Origin: a bacterium
Lineage (GTDB): Bacteria; Zixibacteria; MSB-5A5; GN15; FEB-12
DNA length: 64,000 nt
Direction: 5' to 3'
Assembly (NCBI GenBank): GCA_030605565.1
Contig: JAUWIB010000112.1
Span: forward strand, 4,335-68,334
Shown: positions 47,459-57,096 of the stretch, in pieces
Position numbering within the stretch: position 1 is the stretch's first letter
How the letters are laid out: every line of letters begins with the position of its first letter
Translations under genes and position numbers: made by a program
Notes under the pieces: generated by a model
Told to the model about the DNA's origin: nothing
The model's database searches: none
Seen by the model: only the letters and a program-made list of their open reading frames with translations

Positions 47459-47678
47459 GTGGGCGGCAGACGTCCTCGTCTGCCCCTTGCTTACCTCGGA
47501 TACGTCCTTCGAACGGGCAGACCGGGAGGTCTGCCGCGCACAATATCATGGGTTCTTGGAAGGTCCCGCGCAGGCGGGAATCCATCCGTTCTGCCGTCGG
47601 CTCAAACAGAAGTTTCAGCAGGGTAGGTTTGCGGACAAACCTGCCGACAGAGGCGGGTCCGAAGACGGACCCGCCCTA
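47459..47678. repeat. REP-like doublets
   Basis: GTGGGCGGCAGACG...GGTCTGCCGCGCAC; CCCGCGCAGGCGGGAATCC; GGTAGGTTTG..GGACCCGCCCTAC, whose GTAG overlaps the ridA stop. Confidence 0.75.
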
Positions 47679-48062
47679 CAAGATCACCGCGTCGGCCTCG
47701 ATCTCGACCAGCCAGTCGTCTCGAAGCAGCGATTTGACCACGATCATAGTCGCAGCCGGTCGGATGTCTGAGAAGAACTCGCCGTGAGCCAAACCGACCT
47801 CTTTCCAGATCGAGGCATCGGTGAGATAGATGCGGGTGCGGATAACATCGGTAAGTGAACCACCCGCTTCTTCGATTGCCCGTTTGATAATCTCCAGGCA
47901 ACGGCGGGTTTGTCCGGCTGCATCGTTGGGGCAGACAGTAGCGCCGTCAGGTGCTATCGGCGCTGTCCCCGATACGGCAATTAGATTACCCACCCGAACA
48001 GCGCGGGAGAAACCGATCTGCTTCTCGTAGGGCGAGGCTGATGAGACGAGTTTTCGCTTCAC
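47676..48062 (-). CDS. RidA/YjgF family protein
   Basis: GFSRAVRVG, VSGTAP, DVIRTRIY, RPAAT, VEIEA. Confidence 0.92.
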   Translation of the reverse strand: MKRKLVSSASPYEKQIGFSRAVRVGNLIAVSGTAPIAPDGATVCPNDAAGQTRRCLEIIKRAIEEAGGSLTDVIRTRIYLTDASIWKEVGLAHGEFFSDIRPAATMIVVKSLLRDDWLVEIEADAVIL

Positions 48063-48087
48063 TGCTTTCCCTATTCGTCCTCAGGTA

Positions 48088-48465
48088 TCACGCCGGCGGA
48101 GGCGCCGGCGTTCCGGTAAATAGTCGCACTGCTTCATCATTGAACAGTATCCAGATACCATAGATCCCCAGAGCGGTGCCGAACGGAAGGTTGAACAAAT
48201 TCAGAAACGATAGCACCAGCGTCAGTATCCGCGCCCAGTTCTGGTGTTTCATCAGTCCCCAGCCGGCTATAATACCCGGGATCGACGTGATCAGGATTAT
48301 GAAAGCGATGAGACCACCAATCACCACCACCAGAAGGGCGGCGTCCTCATCCGGCGAGAAGAGTCCTCCGATGCCGAGGACAACAAAGACGGTCAGAGCG
48401 CCAATCAGCCCTAAGACACCGAACACTATATATAGTATCCCCAGGACCTGCACATGCTTTTCCAT
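48088..48465 (-). CDS. Small membrane protein of unknown function
   Basis: Three to four hydrophobic segments; WAR..FNLPFGTALGIY. Confidence 0.75.
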   Translation of the reverse strand: MEKHVQVLGILYIVFGVLGLIGALTVFVVLGIGGLFSPDEDAALLVVVIGGLIAFIILITSIPGIIAGWGLMKHQNWARILTLVLSFLNLFNLPFGTALGIYGIWILFNDEAVRLFTGTPAPPPA

Positions 48466-48600
48466 TGAGACTCTCCTAGTGTTTTGCGTGCGTTGCTGCG
48501 ACGCATTCGTTCATGACACATTATTAGACAAATAACGCACCCCCCTGACCTCAAAGGCAACTGTTTTTTTGGTCCGTCCGACAGCGCAGACCAGTGTATG

Positions 48601-50025
48601 CTACTTCAGATTCATCGATAGGATCTTTATCTCGGTCATGTCCTCGATCGAGTAACGCACGCCCTCGCGACCAAGCCCGGAGTTCTTCATGCCGCCATAA
48701 GGTTGATGATCGGCGCGGTAGGTCGGAATATCGTTGATGACGACACCACCACACTCGATATACTTGAAAGCATAAAACACATCCCTCATCCGGTTGGTGA
48801 AGATGCCGGCTTGCAGGCCATATTCGGAGTTGTTGATCTCGTCGACAACCTTCCTGAAGCTCTTGTATTGTTGCACTACCACCAACGGCGCGAAAGCCTC
48901 TTTGGAACAGACATCCATCGACCTTTTGACATCGGTCAGCACCGTCGGCTGCATGATAGAGCTTCTGCCCCTGCCACCCACCAGGATTTTAGCGCCGCCG
49001 TCTACGGCCTCGCGCACGGTCGCCAAAGTGTTCCTGACTGCCTCGGCGTTGACCATCGTGCCGACATCGGTCCTGGGATTCAGCGGGTTGCCGACCTTGA
49101 GCTTGCTCACCTTGGTCTTGAACATCCGCAGGAACTTAGCATAGACCTTCTCGTGAACATAGATCCTCTGCACCGAGATACACGACTGTCCCGCCACCGC
49201 AAAGGCGCCGTAGAGCAGGCGGGTCGTTGCGAAATCGAGATCGGCGTCATCGGCGATAGCTACTCCGGCGTTACCGCCCAACTCAAGCACGACCTCTTTT
49301 TTGCCGGAGTGCTCTTTTATCCACCAGCCGACTTCCGATGACCCGGTGAAAGTTATCAGTTTCACGCGCGGGTCATCAAGCAGCGGCGACGCTTCCTTTG
49401 ACGATCCCGGCAGAATCGAAACCGCGCCTTTGGGGTGGTCGGTCTTGTCGATAATCTCGGCTAACATCAGCGCCACGATCGGGGTGGCCGAGGCCGGCTT
49501 GAGAACGATAGTGTTACCCGAGGCAATCGCCGGCGCGATTTTGTGAGCCACCAGGTTCAACGGGAAATTGAACGGCGCGATTCCCGCAATGACACCACGC
49601 GGAAAACGCCTGACCAATCCCATGCGCTCTTCGGCACCGGGGTTCCAATCGAGGTCGATAATCTCACCGCCGATGCGCTTGGCCTCTTCGGCGGCTACTT
49701 TGAAAACACCAATGGAGCGTGAGACTTCGCCGCGAGCATCTTTGAGCGACTTGCCCAACTCGCGCGACATCATGGTGGCTATCTTGTCGAGATTCTTCTG
49801 AAGACCGGCCGCGATTGCCAGACAGGTTTCTTCGCGTTTGTATGACGGCAACTCTCGCGTCAGACCAAACGCTTGGTGGGCGATCTTGATCGCCTCGGTG
49901 TAGTCGCTCTTCGATGCTGCAGCAACCCGACCAACTAAAGCGCGGTTGTAGGGTGAGACGACGCGAATCTTATTGGGGCGGTCAACCCATGTGCCGCCCA
50001 GGTACATCTTGTAATTCCTGGCCAT
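48601..50025 (-). CDS. Aldehyde dehydrogenase family protein
   Basis: PFNFPLN, KPA, FTGS, LELGGN, GQSC, EAFAP, PYGGMKNSG.GREG. Confidence 0.95.
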   Translation of the reverse strand: MARNYKMYLGGTWVDRPNKIRVVSPYNRALVGRVAAASKSDYTEAIKIAHQAFGLTRELPSYKREETCLAIAAGLQKNLDKIATMMSRELGKSLKDARGEVSRSIGVFKVAAEEAKRIGGEIIDLDWNPGAEERMGLVRRFPRGVIAGIAPFNFPLNLVAHKIAPAIASGNTIVLKPASATPIVALMLAEIIDKTDHPKGAVSILPGSSKEASPLLDDPRVKLITFTGSSEVGWWIKEHSGKKEVVLELGGNAGVAIADDADLDFATTRLLYGAFAVAGQSCISVQRIYVHEKVYAKFLRMFKTKVSKLKVGNPLNPRTDVGTMVNAEAVRNTLATVREAVDGGAKILVGGRGRSSIMQPTVLTDVKRSMDVCSKEAFAPLVVVQQYKSFRKVVDEINNSEYGLQAGIFTNRMRDVFYAFKYIECGGVVINDIPTYRADHQPYGGMKNSGLGREGVRYSIEDMTEIKILSMNLK

Positions 50026-50190
50026 ACTATCTCCGGATTATCTTTATGTTCTGTTTGCGCGATAGAACTCAACCTGCATCTATACCTATGGAGAGCAAAC
50101 CAGTTTGCCCAGCCGTTTGGTCAGTTTCACGTTCTCAGTATAATCGACCAGGCAGTCGGTAACCACTTGTTTTTGCGGCCGCAATGCATT

Positions 50191-50351
50191 GAGGCTGTCT
50201 CAAAAGTCGCTTTTTCTATCGCGTAGCGGCGGGCCTTGTGTCCGCCGGAATCGAGGTGGGAGACAAGCCCCCACCCTACACGGTGTTAGAATCTGAGCAC
50301 ACAAACAGTGGTGATGACGATGCATTCACGACCGAGTTTTGAGACAACCTC
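50191..50351. mobile_element. MITE with IS1182-like TIRs (inverted copy)
   Basis: GAGGCTGTCTCAAAAGTCGC...TTTTGAGACAACCTC; interior is the reverse complement of 16479-16639; flanks CATT/CTTT. Confidence 0.8.
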
Positions 50352-50663
50352 CTTTCCTCGGGGTCTGCTTGAGATCATCCCCCTCACAGTGCCACGGCGA
50401 TGTTCCCGGGGAGCGTCTATTGGGTCAGGCTGTGCTGTGGGGAATTCCCTACACTTTATGGGTGAGACTGTGCTCGTTCGCCGGATTTCCAAGGTCAAGA
50501 GTCGCCTCCTGGAGTTTTGGGGAGAGTTGGGCGAGGCTCGGGCCTGATGGCTATCATATTGATATTCAAGGGGTTGTGCTGGCCCACAAATGGGCGCTGC
50601 GACTATTGATACTCAGCGGCACAGATTTTACAGTACAGTCATTGTCAAATTGAGGAATTCTAT

Positions 50664-51029
50664 ATGCACAAGAGAAAAATCAATAACGAACAAGGTATCA
50701 CCATCCTCGAAGTAATGGTGGCCATGATTATCCTGAGCATGTCGATACTGCTGCTCCTGAACATGGCTATGGTGGCTATGGATGGCAATGATTGGGCCAA
50801 CAATACTACCGCGGCCACCCAACTCATGCAGCAAAAGCTGGAGCAGTTGCGAACTTCCGGCAATCTTACCGATGGGGCCGACACTATAGGCGAGTATGCG
50901 CGAAGTTGGGTGGTTACCAACGCGGGCAGCCACCTGAGAAAAATCGACGTCAGAGTTGACTGGGAGGATATTCGCAACCGCTCCAAAGTTGATTCGCTGA
51001 CGGCGTACATCAAATCCGATTCGGTATAG
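50664..51029 (+). CDS. Type IV minor pilin, PilV-like
   Basis: Prepilin site QG|ITILEVMVAM (E5). Confidence 0.85.
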   Translation: MHKRKINNEQGITILEVMVAMIILSMSILLLLNMAMVAMDGNDWANNTTAATQLMQQKLEQLRTSGNLTDGADTIGEYARSWVVTNAGSHLRKIDVRVDWEDIRNRSKVDSLTAYIKSDSV

Positions 51030-51037
51030 GTGTTATT

Positions 51038-51862
51038 ATGAAGAGCATGACAAGAAAACTCAGGCGGCAAACGGGCGCCAGCCTGCTGGAGGTTCTGATT
51101 GCCCTGGCTATTACCGGAGTAGTGACCCTGGCTGTGTTCAAGGCTTACGTGGTCCAGCATCGTCATTACATAGTACAAGAGGACGTCACCGACATCCAGC
51201 AGAATGCGCGAGCCGCCATTAATGAGATTACCCGCCATGTACGCATGGCCGGTTATGACCTGCCGATGGGCTTGGCGGCCATCGCGCCCTCCAACACCAA
51301 TCCGGACACCATCACGCTGACCTATCACTCCGCCGACTGCGACACCTATCTGTCGGCGCCCATGCCACAACCATCGGCCGAGTTGAAATGCGGTTCCGAT
51401 ATATCGTGCTTCTGGGATGGTATGTGGGTATACATCTACGAGGGCGCCGTGAACACCGGCGAGTGGTTTCAGATCACGCACGTTCAAGCCGATGCCTTTC
51501 ATCTGCAACATAATACGATGGTCTTGTCACGTAGTTACGGTGCGGATTCGAAGGTTCTGGCCATGGTGCAGGTGAAGTTCTTCATCGATACCTCAGATGC
51601 CGATCATCCCAATCTGATGGTTCAGTACATGGGCCAGACGCCGCAGGTTTACGCGATGAACATAACTGACCTGCAGTTCCAATACGAGATGAAGAATGGC
51701 GCCGTCCTCGATGAGCCGGTGCTGGTCGATGACATCAGAGAAGTGCTCGTCTCAATAACCGGACGCTCCAACAGTCCGGACCCCGAAGCGCCGGATACCG
51801 CTAACGTATATCGGTACCGAGACTTTGCCACATCGGTTCACTTGAGGAACCTTGGAAGCTGA
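51038..51862 (+). CDS. Type IV minor pilin, PilW-like
   Basis: TG|ASLLEVLIAL; QQNARAA..I.R.VRMAGY; C-terminal V.LRN. Confidence 0.85.
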   Translation: MKSMTRKLRRQTGASLLEVLIALAITGVVTLAVFKAYVVQHRHYIVQEDVTDIQQNARAAINEITRHVRMAGYDLPMGLAAIAPSNTNPDTITLTYHSADCDTYLSAPMPQPSAELKCGSDISCFWDGMWVYIYEGAVNTGEWFQITHVQADAFHLQHNTMVLSRSYGADSKVLAMVQVKFFIDTSDADHPNLMVQYMGQTPQVYAMNITDLQFQYEMKNGAVLDEPVLVDDIREVLVSITGRSNSPDPEAPDTANVYRYRDFATSVHLRNLGS

Positions 51863-51877
51863 GGAAGGTGGCTCGAT

Positions 51878-53509
51878 ATGAATAACCTATTGCTCAAATC
51901 AGAACGCGGTTTCGCCACGCTGATTGCGCTCTTGATGGTCGGCATGCTGACCCTGTTGGGCATCGCCGCGTTATCGACATCAGATGATGAAGTGAATATC
52001 GCCGGCAACGCTTACAATGAGATGAGGACGTTCTATGCCGCCGAAGGAGGCCTCGAGGCCGCGGCTGCAGCTTTGCAGACCGAATGGGATAGCACCGGTG
52101 TGCCCCCGATGCTGATGCCGACTGAAACGAGAGAGATCAATAACTGCGTCGTGACCTACGGCACCGCCGACAACGGTCCGGCCACGCAGGATGTGCTCTC
52201 CACCGGAACGCTCACCGGTCTGCACGCCCTGGTCAAATCATTCACAATCACCTCGGTCGCTGTGAGCCAAAACGACCACGGCAAGATGGAGTTGTCACAA
52301 ACGTTCCAGACGGCGTTGGTGCCGCTCTTCCAATTCGCTGTTTTTTACGAGAACGACCTGGAGATCGCGCCCGGCCCGGCTATGACCCTGGCGGGACGCG
52401 TTCACAGCAACGGCAACCTGTGGTTACAGGCCGGCACTTCCCTGCAGATGGACAGTTATGTTACGTCGGCGGGCAGTATATACCACGGTCGCAAGGGTGC
52501 GGGCGGTGTCGCCTCAGGTGATGTGACAGTCAAGGACCTGTCCGGCGCCGATGTTTCCATGAAAGATGGGGCCAACTGGCTGGATGCCGACGACAGCTAC
52601 TGGTACGATTCGTCAGTAACCCGCTGGCAGGGAATGGTGCAGGATTCCGAACATGGTCAGGAAGCGCTCAATGTTCCTCTGAACGCTTCCGCCGGCGGGG
52701 ATCCTCACAAACTGATCGACCGCGGCAGCGGCAATCCGGATTCGTATGAGCATCATGCCACCCTGAAATTCATCGACGGTCAGGCTCTTCAGTTAGTCGG
52801 AGGCATCTGGACCGATGTCACCGCGAACATGATTGCCGACGGGGTCATCAGCTTCAATGCGAATCAGTTCACTGACCAGCGAGAGAACGCCCAGGTGGAC
52901 GTTATGGAACTTGACGTCGACCTGATGTACAGTCAGGGCTACGCTCCCACCAGCGGCGTCATCTATTTCGCCGATTCAACATCAGACTACCCGGCCTTAC
53001 GTCTGAGATCGGGATCGCAAGTTGATGCCGGTTTGACTGTCGCCAGCGCAAACCCTGTCTACACGCTGGGTAACTACAACTCGGTTGACAAGAAACCGGC
53101 CGCGATTCTGGCTGACGCCGTTACTTTCCTTTCCGGCTCGTGGGATGACAGCAAGAGCGCTATGACCAAGAGCGATCGGATCGCCACCAATACGACCGTG
53201 AATGCATCTTACCTGACCGGTAATACTGAGACCACCGATGCCAACTACAACGGCGGCTTCGAGAACCTGCCTCGCTTTCTGGAAGAGTGGTCCGGCAGGG
53301 ACTTCAACTGGTTAGGATCAGCTGTCTGTCTATGGAACTCCGTACAGGCGAACGGCCTTTGGAACGGCACATACTACTCGCCGCCAAACAGAAATTGGGC
53401 CTACGACCCCGACCTGAACGATCCCAACAAGCTGCCGCCGGAGACGCCCATGATACGAGTGTTCCAGCGCATCGGGTGGCAACAGAAATATGTCGGTCCG
53501 GCCAACTGA
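51878..53509 (+). CDS. PilX-like minor pilin with large C-terminal domain
   Basis: RG|FATLIALL without E5; FYAAEGG; GRVHSNG; Y.PP.R.W.YD. Confidence 0.82.
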   Translation: MNNLLLKSERGFATLIALLMVGMLTLLGIAALSTSDDEVNIAGNAYNEMRTFYAAEGGLEAAAAALQTEWDSTGVPPMLMPTETREINNCVVTYGTADNGPATQDVLSTGTLTGLHALVKSFTITSVAVSQNDHGKMELSQTFQTALVPLFQFAVFYENDLEIAPGPAMTLAGRVHSNGNLWLQAGTSLQMDSYVTSAGSIYHGRKGAGGVASGDVTVKDLSGADVSMKDGANWLDADDSYWYDSSVTRWQGMVQDSEHGQEALNVPLNASAGGDPHKLIDRGSGNPDSYEHHATLKFIDGQALQLVGGIWTDVTANMIADGVISFNANQFTDQRENAQVDVMELDVDLMYSQGYAPTSGVIYFADSTSDYPALRLRSGSQVDAGLTVASANPVYTLGNYNSVDKKPAAILADAVTFLSGSWDDSKSAMTKSDRIATNTTVNASYLTGNTETTDANYNGGFENLPRFLEEWSGRDFNWLGSAVCLWNSVQANGLWNGTYYSPPNRNWAYDPDLNDPNKLPPETPMIRVFQRIGWQQKYVGPAN

Positions 53510-53526
53510 AGAAGCCACGCGGCCAC

Positions 53527-53614
53527 GAGTCCCGTAGGTCGAAACCCCTGCTCCGAAGGACCGTCCTGAGCAGAGTCGAAGGACGGGTTTCGACATCATG
53601 GACCGACAAGACAA
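53527..53614 (+). repeat. Left-half copy of the GTAGGTCGAAACCCCTG REP element
   Basis: Direct repeat of 54455-54529, with CCTGAGCAGAGTCGAAGG nested in its loop. Confidence 0.75.
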
Positions 53615-53749
53615 TTGCCGTTGTGTCAGGTCTTGGCGTCGATGCAATCGATGGTGTGACCTGACGCATACGACATTGATCGGTGAGCATGGAATATAAA
53701 CGTGATAATAAGTAAGTTTATGAAGAAGCGAAACAGGGGGCATACTAAA

Positions 53750-54193
53750 ATGTGGGAACCTATTGAGAACGCGCTTGAAAATACACGCGACCCTGTGCAC
53801 AAAGCTGTCTGGCTTGCGGCGGCAATTATGTCGCAGAATTATTGGCAGGTCCTTCTGCAGGGTGGTGAAGACATAACACTGAATGATTTTGCATTCGTGC
53901 AAGCGAGGATTCGAGACTGCGCTAACATACTTTGCACGCAGGAAGTACAACCTCCCCGAATACAACAATGGTTTAATGGTGACCACCCAAAAAACACTCA
54001 CAACTTTCTCAGGGCTGCAGGGCCGGAGGGTAGACAAAGGCGACTAACAGCATTCGGGGAATTTGACGGAGACAAAGAGATTCCGGATTTTGAACGTGAC
54101 CCTACCTTACCTGTTTGTAATGATGGAAATAATGATGTTATCGTACATGATATTAAAATATTTGCGAGAGATGTTTACACACCTTTCAAGTGA
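53750..54193 (+). CDS. Hypothetical protein (AT-rich, likely foreign)
   Basis: ATG after AGGGGG; 147 aa; visibly more AT-rich than its neighbours; no family recognised. Confidence 0.55.
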   Translation: MWEPIENALENTRDPVHKAVWLAAAIMSQNYWQVLLQGGEDITLNDFAFVQARIRDCANILCTQEVQPPRIQQWFNGDHPKNTHNFLRAAGPEGRQRRLTAFGEFDGDKEIPDFERDPTLPVCNDGNNDVIVHDIKIFARDVYTPFK

Positions 54194-54203
54194 TAGGACA
54201 AAG

Positions 54204-54272
54204 ATGGCGGAAATATCGAAAGGAACATTCGCACGGTTCAAGGAACTGTTGAATACTCGATTCGAGAAGTAA
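54204..54272 (+). pseudogene. Possible truncated gene start (22 aa) or small peptide
   Basis: AGGA RBS + MAEISKGTFARFKELLNTRFEK*, immediately followed by REP elements. Confidence 0.3.
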
Positions 54273-54275
54273 ATG

Positions 54276-54580
54276 GTAGGGCAAGTTTGTCTTCAAACCT
54301 GCCCTGCAATCCTTCCCCTCTTGAGAGGGGCGGCCCGCCGAAGGCGAGGCCGGGATGTGTTTCGACACGGCAGATGTGGACATCCGCCGTGCACAGATGA
54401 GATTGCCGCGCTCCCAACGACACGAGTGTCTTCGGTCGCTCGCAATGACGAGACGAGTCCTGTAGGTCGAAACCCCTGGTCCGAAGGACCGCTGAAGGCG
54501 GGTTTCGACATCATAGACCGACAAGACAAAACCAAAGAACCGGCTGCGCCGGTGTCGAAACCGCAGGGGTTTCGACCTAC
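54276..54580. repeat. Cluster of REP-like elements
   Basis: GTAGGGCAAGTTTG..AAACCTGCCC; GGCAGATGTGGACATCCGCC; full GTAGGTCGAAACCCC...GGGGTTTCGACCTAC doublet. Confidence 0.78.
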
Positions 54581-54673
54581 GGTTAAGAGGCGGGTTTCGG
54601 TCTACGATCGAGGTTCAACCCATAGATATTTTTGGGAAAGTCCAATAACAAGATCTTCAGTTGCGCAGGCGGG

Positions 54674-57085
54674 TTATTCGATGTGAAGATCATACGGCAT
54701 CCGGGCGTAGATGCCTTCCTCGCAAAGATCAGGGAGCAGTTTGATTCCGTCGTCCACAACGCTCGATTCGCCCAAAAGGAGTCCTGCGATCGTGCGAAAT
54801 AAAGATCGCCCCGGCAGTAGAAACAAGGGTCGCTTTACCGGGTAGACGGCGACGCGGTAGTCATCAACTCCGGCCCGCCGAGCAGTGTAGTCGAGCGCCT
54901 GCCTGATACCTCCCAGTTCATCGATCAGACCGTTTTGTTTCGCTTCCCGACCGGTCCACACCTGCCCCTGCGCCAGAGCATCCACCGAGTCGATTCCCAG
55001 CTTGCGACTCTCGGAGACTAACTCAAGAAAGTGACCATAGAAAGCCTCCAGATGTGAGAAGTACTTGCGGCGTTCATCGTCGGTGAAAGGGCGCATGGTG
55101 GTAAGCATACCGGCGTACCGACCACGGGTGTACAATTCCTTGCCGAGATCGATTTTGTCATACAAGCCGCTAAGGTCGACCTTACCGCCGAAAATGCCGA
55201 TCGATCCGGTGATGCTGCCCGGCTCGGCGAAGATGTACTGCGACGGCATGGCGACGTAGTAGCCGCCGGATGCGGCCACGTTGGCCATGGAGACGGTGAG
55301 CGGTTTGTGCTCAGCAGCTTTGGCGGCAATATGATGAATGTCCTCTCCGGCGAGCGCGAAGCCACCGGGGGAGTTGATGCGCAGCACGATTCCCGCTACC
55401 GAAGGATGGCTCATCGCCTGGGCAAAACCAAGCTTCATCAAAGCCGGAGTGACACTCTGACCGCGGCCGAGAGGATCGCCGCCTTTTGAGCTGATTTCAC
55501 CATCGGCGACCACCATCGCTACTACCGGCTGGGGTGGCCAGCCGTCGTTCAGCAAGGTATCTCTGAGGTATCTCTTGAATGTTATCTGGGGAAGTGGTGA
55601 CAAGAACTTCTCGTCGAGTTCGTCCCGATAGCTCAGGCCGTCAACGAGACCATACTCAATCGCCTCGGGGGAACTGAACGGGCCGTTGTCGATTATGCTT
55701 TTGACGGAGTCGACTGACAGCATGCGTCCGTCGGCAATGGCTGTTACCAACTGATCGTACAGATCATCGAGCAACCGGTTGATCTGGGCGCGGTTTTCAT
55801 GGGAAGATTCGCTTCGAGTGTACTGTTCTGCAGCCGTCTTGTAATCACCAACTCGCATGATATCGGCCTTGATACCCAGTTTGTCAAAGCTGCCGGCGTA
55901 GAACGTCAACTCCGCCCTCAGCCCCACTAATTTGAGTTGGTCCACCGGCGCCATGAGAATGCGGTCGGCGACACTGGCAACGTAGTAGGTAATGTTACCG
56001 GCCCGCGACAGGTGACAAGTGATCGGTTTGCCGTGGTTCTTGAAATCGACCAGAGCGGCGCGCAACTCCTGAGCTTGAGCAAAGCCGAGAGACAAGCCGC
56101 GCAAACTGATGAGCATCTCATCGACCGACGGATCCTCAGACGCTCGGTAAATGTTGGTGATCAACGTCGCGAACGGTGTGCGCTGACGTCCGAAGATCGG
56201 CCGTGGAGGGTTTTCGGACAGGGAGCCGGAGAGACCGAGCGTCACCCGCCGACCGCGCGGTGGGATCACGGACGGTTGCCGCAAATTCGTGCTGCCGACA
56301 TACACGTCGGTGTGCTGATGGTCGCCGCCATCGGTGAAGTGAGCCTGCGACCCCACAAAATAATTCAGCAAGTTCGCCCGAAATCCGATCTGGAAGTTTC
56401 GGTCGGAATCCAGATACCCTCGAAAGTAGAGTCCGTTATTCGTAGCCAGTTCTGCGTGGTAAACGTAATCGGCATTTGACAGCCTGGTCCTGGTCGAGAG
56501 AAACATGTCAACCGACAGGGTGAGCCGTCGTCCCATCGGACGATAGGCCGCCGAATAACGCATTTCGGTTTCGGTCCGTCGGCCTTCATCGTTGCGAGCG
56601 TGATTGAGGTTCTCGAACACCGCCGCCCAGCGAAACTTATCGCGCCCACCCATCAGTCCGACATTCCAGAAATGCCTCTTGTGGAGATCGGGCGGACCCT
56701 CTTTGAAATAGCGATAGGAACCTCCCAGGTGCATGCCGCTTCCGAAGGTCATGCCCAGCGCAAACAGATACTCCTTGAAGTCATCACCATCGGGATTGTA
56801 AAGACTGCGGTAAGCCGTCGCCAGCCGATCACGGTTGGTGACAAAACCCCAACTGCGGGCCACCTTGTCATCGTCATAGCTCGTCATGAGCTGAAACGAC
56901 GAAGCCGCATAGCGCGACAATCCGGCCGGGTTGACCCAGGCCGCTTCCGATCCAAACACTGACGCCGCGGGTTGGTAGTAAAAGACCGACTGAAGTTTTG
57001 AGACTCTCTGAGCCGAGATTGTTCCACCGACAGCCACGACGACTATCCCGGTCAGCACAAACCATCGAATCCAACGGTTATTCAC
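54674..57085 (-). CDS. sppA: Signal peptide peptidase SppA (tandem S49) with N-terminal beta-barrel-like extension
   Basis: YYVASVAD, VGDYKTAAEQY, RINSPGG, SMANVAASGGYY, TGSIG, AQGQVWTG; N-terminal AAWVNPAGL plus amphipathic strands. Confidence 0.88.
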   Translation of the reverse strand: MNNRWIRWFVLTGIVVVAVGGTISAQRVSKLQSVFYYQPAASVFGSEAAWVNPAGLSRYAASSFQLMTSYDDDKVARSWGFVTNRDRLATAYRSLYNPDGDDFKEYLFALGMTFGSGMHLGGSYRYFKEGPPDLHKRHFWNVGLMGGRDKFRWAAVFENLNHARNDEGRRTETEMRYSAAYRPMGRRLTLSVDMFLSTRTRLSNADYVYHAELATNNGLYFRGYLDSDRNFQIGFRANLLNYFVGSQAHFTDGGDHQHTDVYVGSTNLRQPSVIPPRGRRVTLGLSGSLSENPPRPIFGRQRTPFATLITNIYRASEDPSVDEMLISLRGLSLGFAQAQELRAALVDFKNHGKPITCHLSRAGNITYYVASVADRILMAPVDQLKLVGLRAELTFYAGSFDKLGIKADIMRVGDYKTAAEQYTRSESSHENRAQINRLLDDLYDQLVTAIADGRMLSVDSVKSIIDNGPFSSPEAIEYGLVDGLSYRDELDEKFLSPLPQITFKRYLRDTLLNDGWPPQPVVAMVVADGEISSKGGDPLGRGQSVTPALMKLGFAQAMSHPSVAGIVLRINSPGGFALAGEDIHHIAAKAAEHKPLTVSMANVAASGGYYVAMPSQYIFAEPGSITGSIGIFGGKVDLSGLYDKIDLGKELYTRGRYAGMLTTMRPFTDDERRKYFSHLEAFYGHFLELVSESRKLGIDSVDALAQGQVWTGREAKQNGLIDELGGIRQALDYTARRAGVDDYRVAVYPVKRPLFLLPGRSLFRTIAGLLLGESSVVDDGIKLLPDLCEEGIYARMPYDLHIE

Positions 57086-57096
57086 AACGAAGCTCC

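Noticed and set aside
42912-54580. Integron cassette array for the AT-rich orphan genes
   Set aside because: No integrase and no consistent attC (RYYYAAC…GTTRRRY) sites recognised; the genes are dispersed among housekeeping genes.
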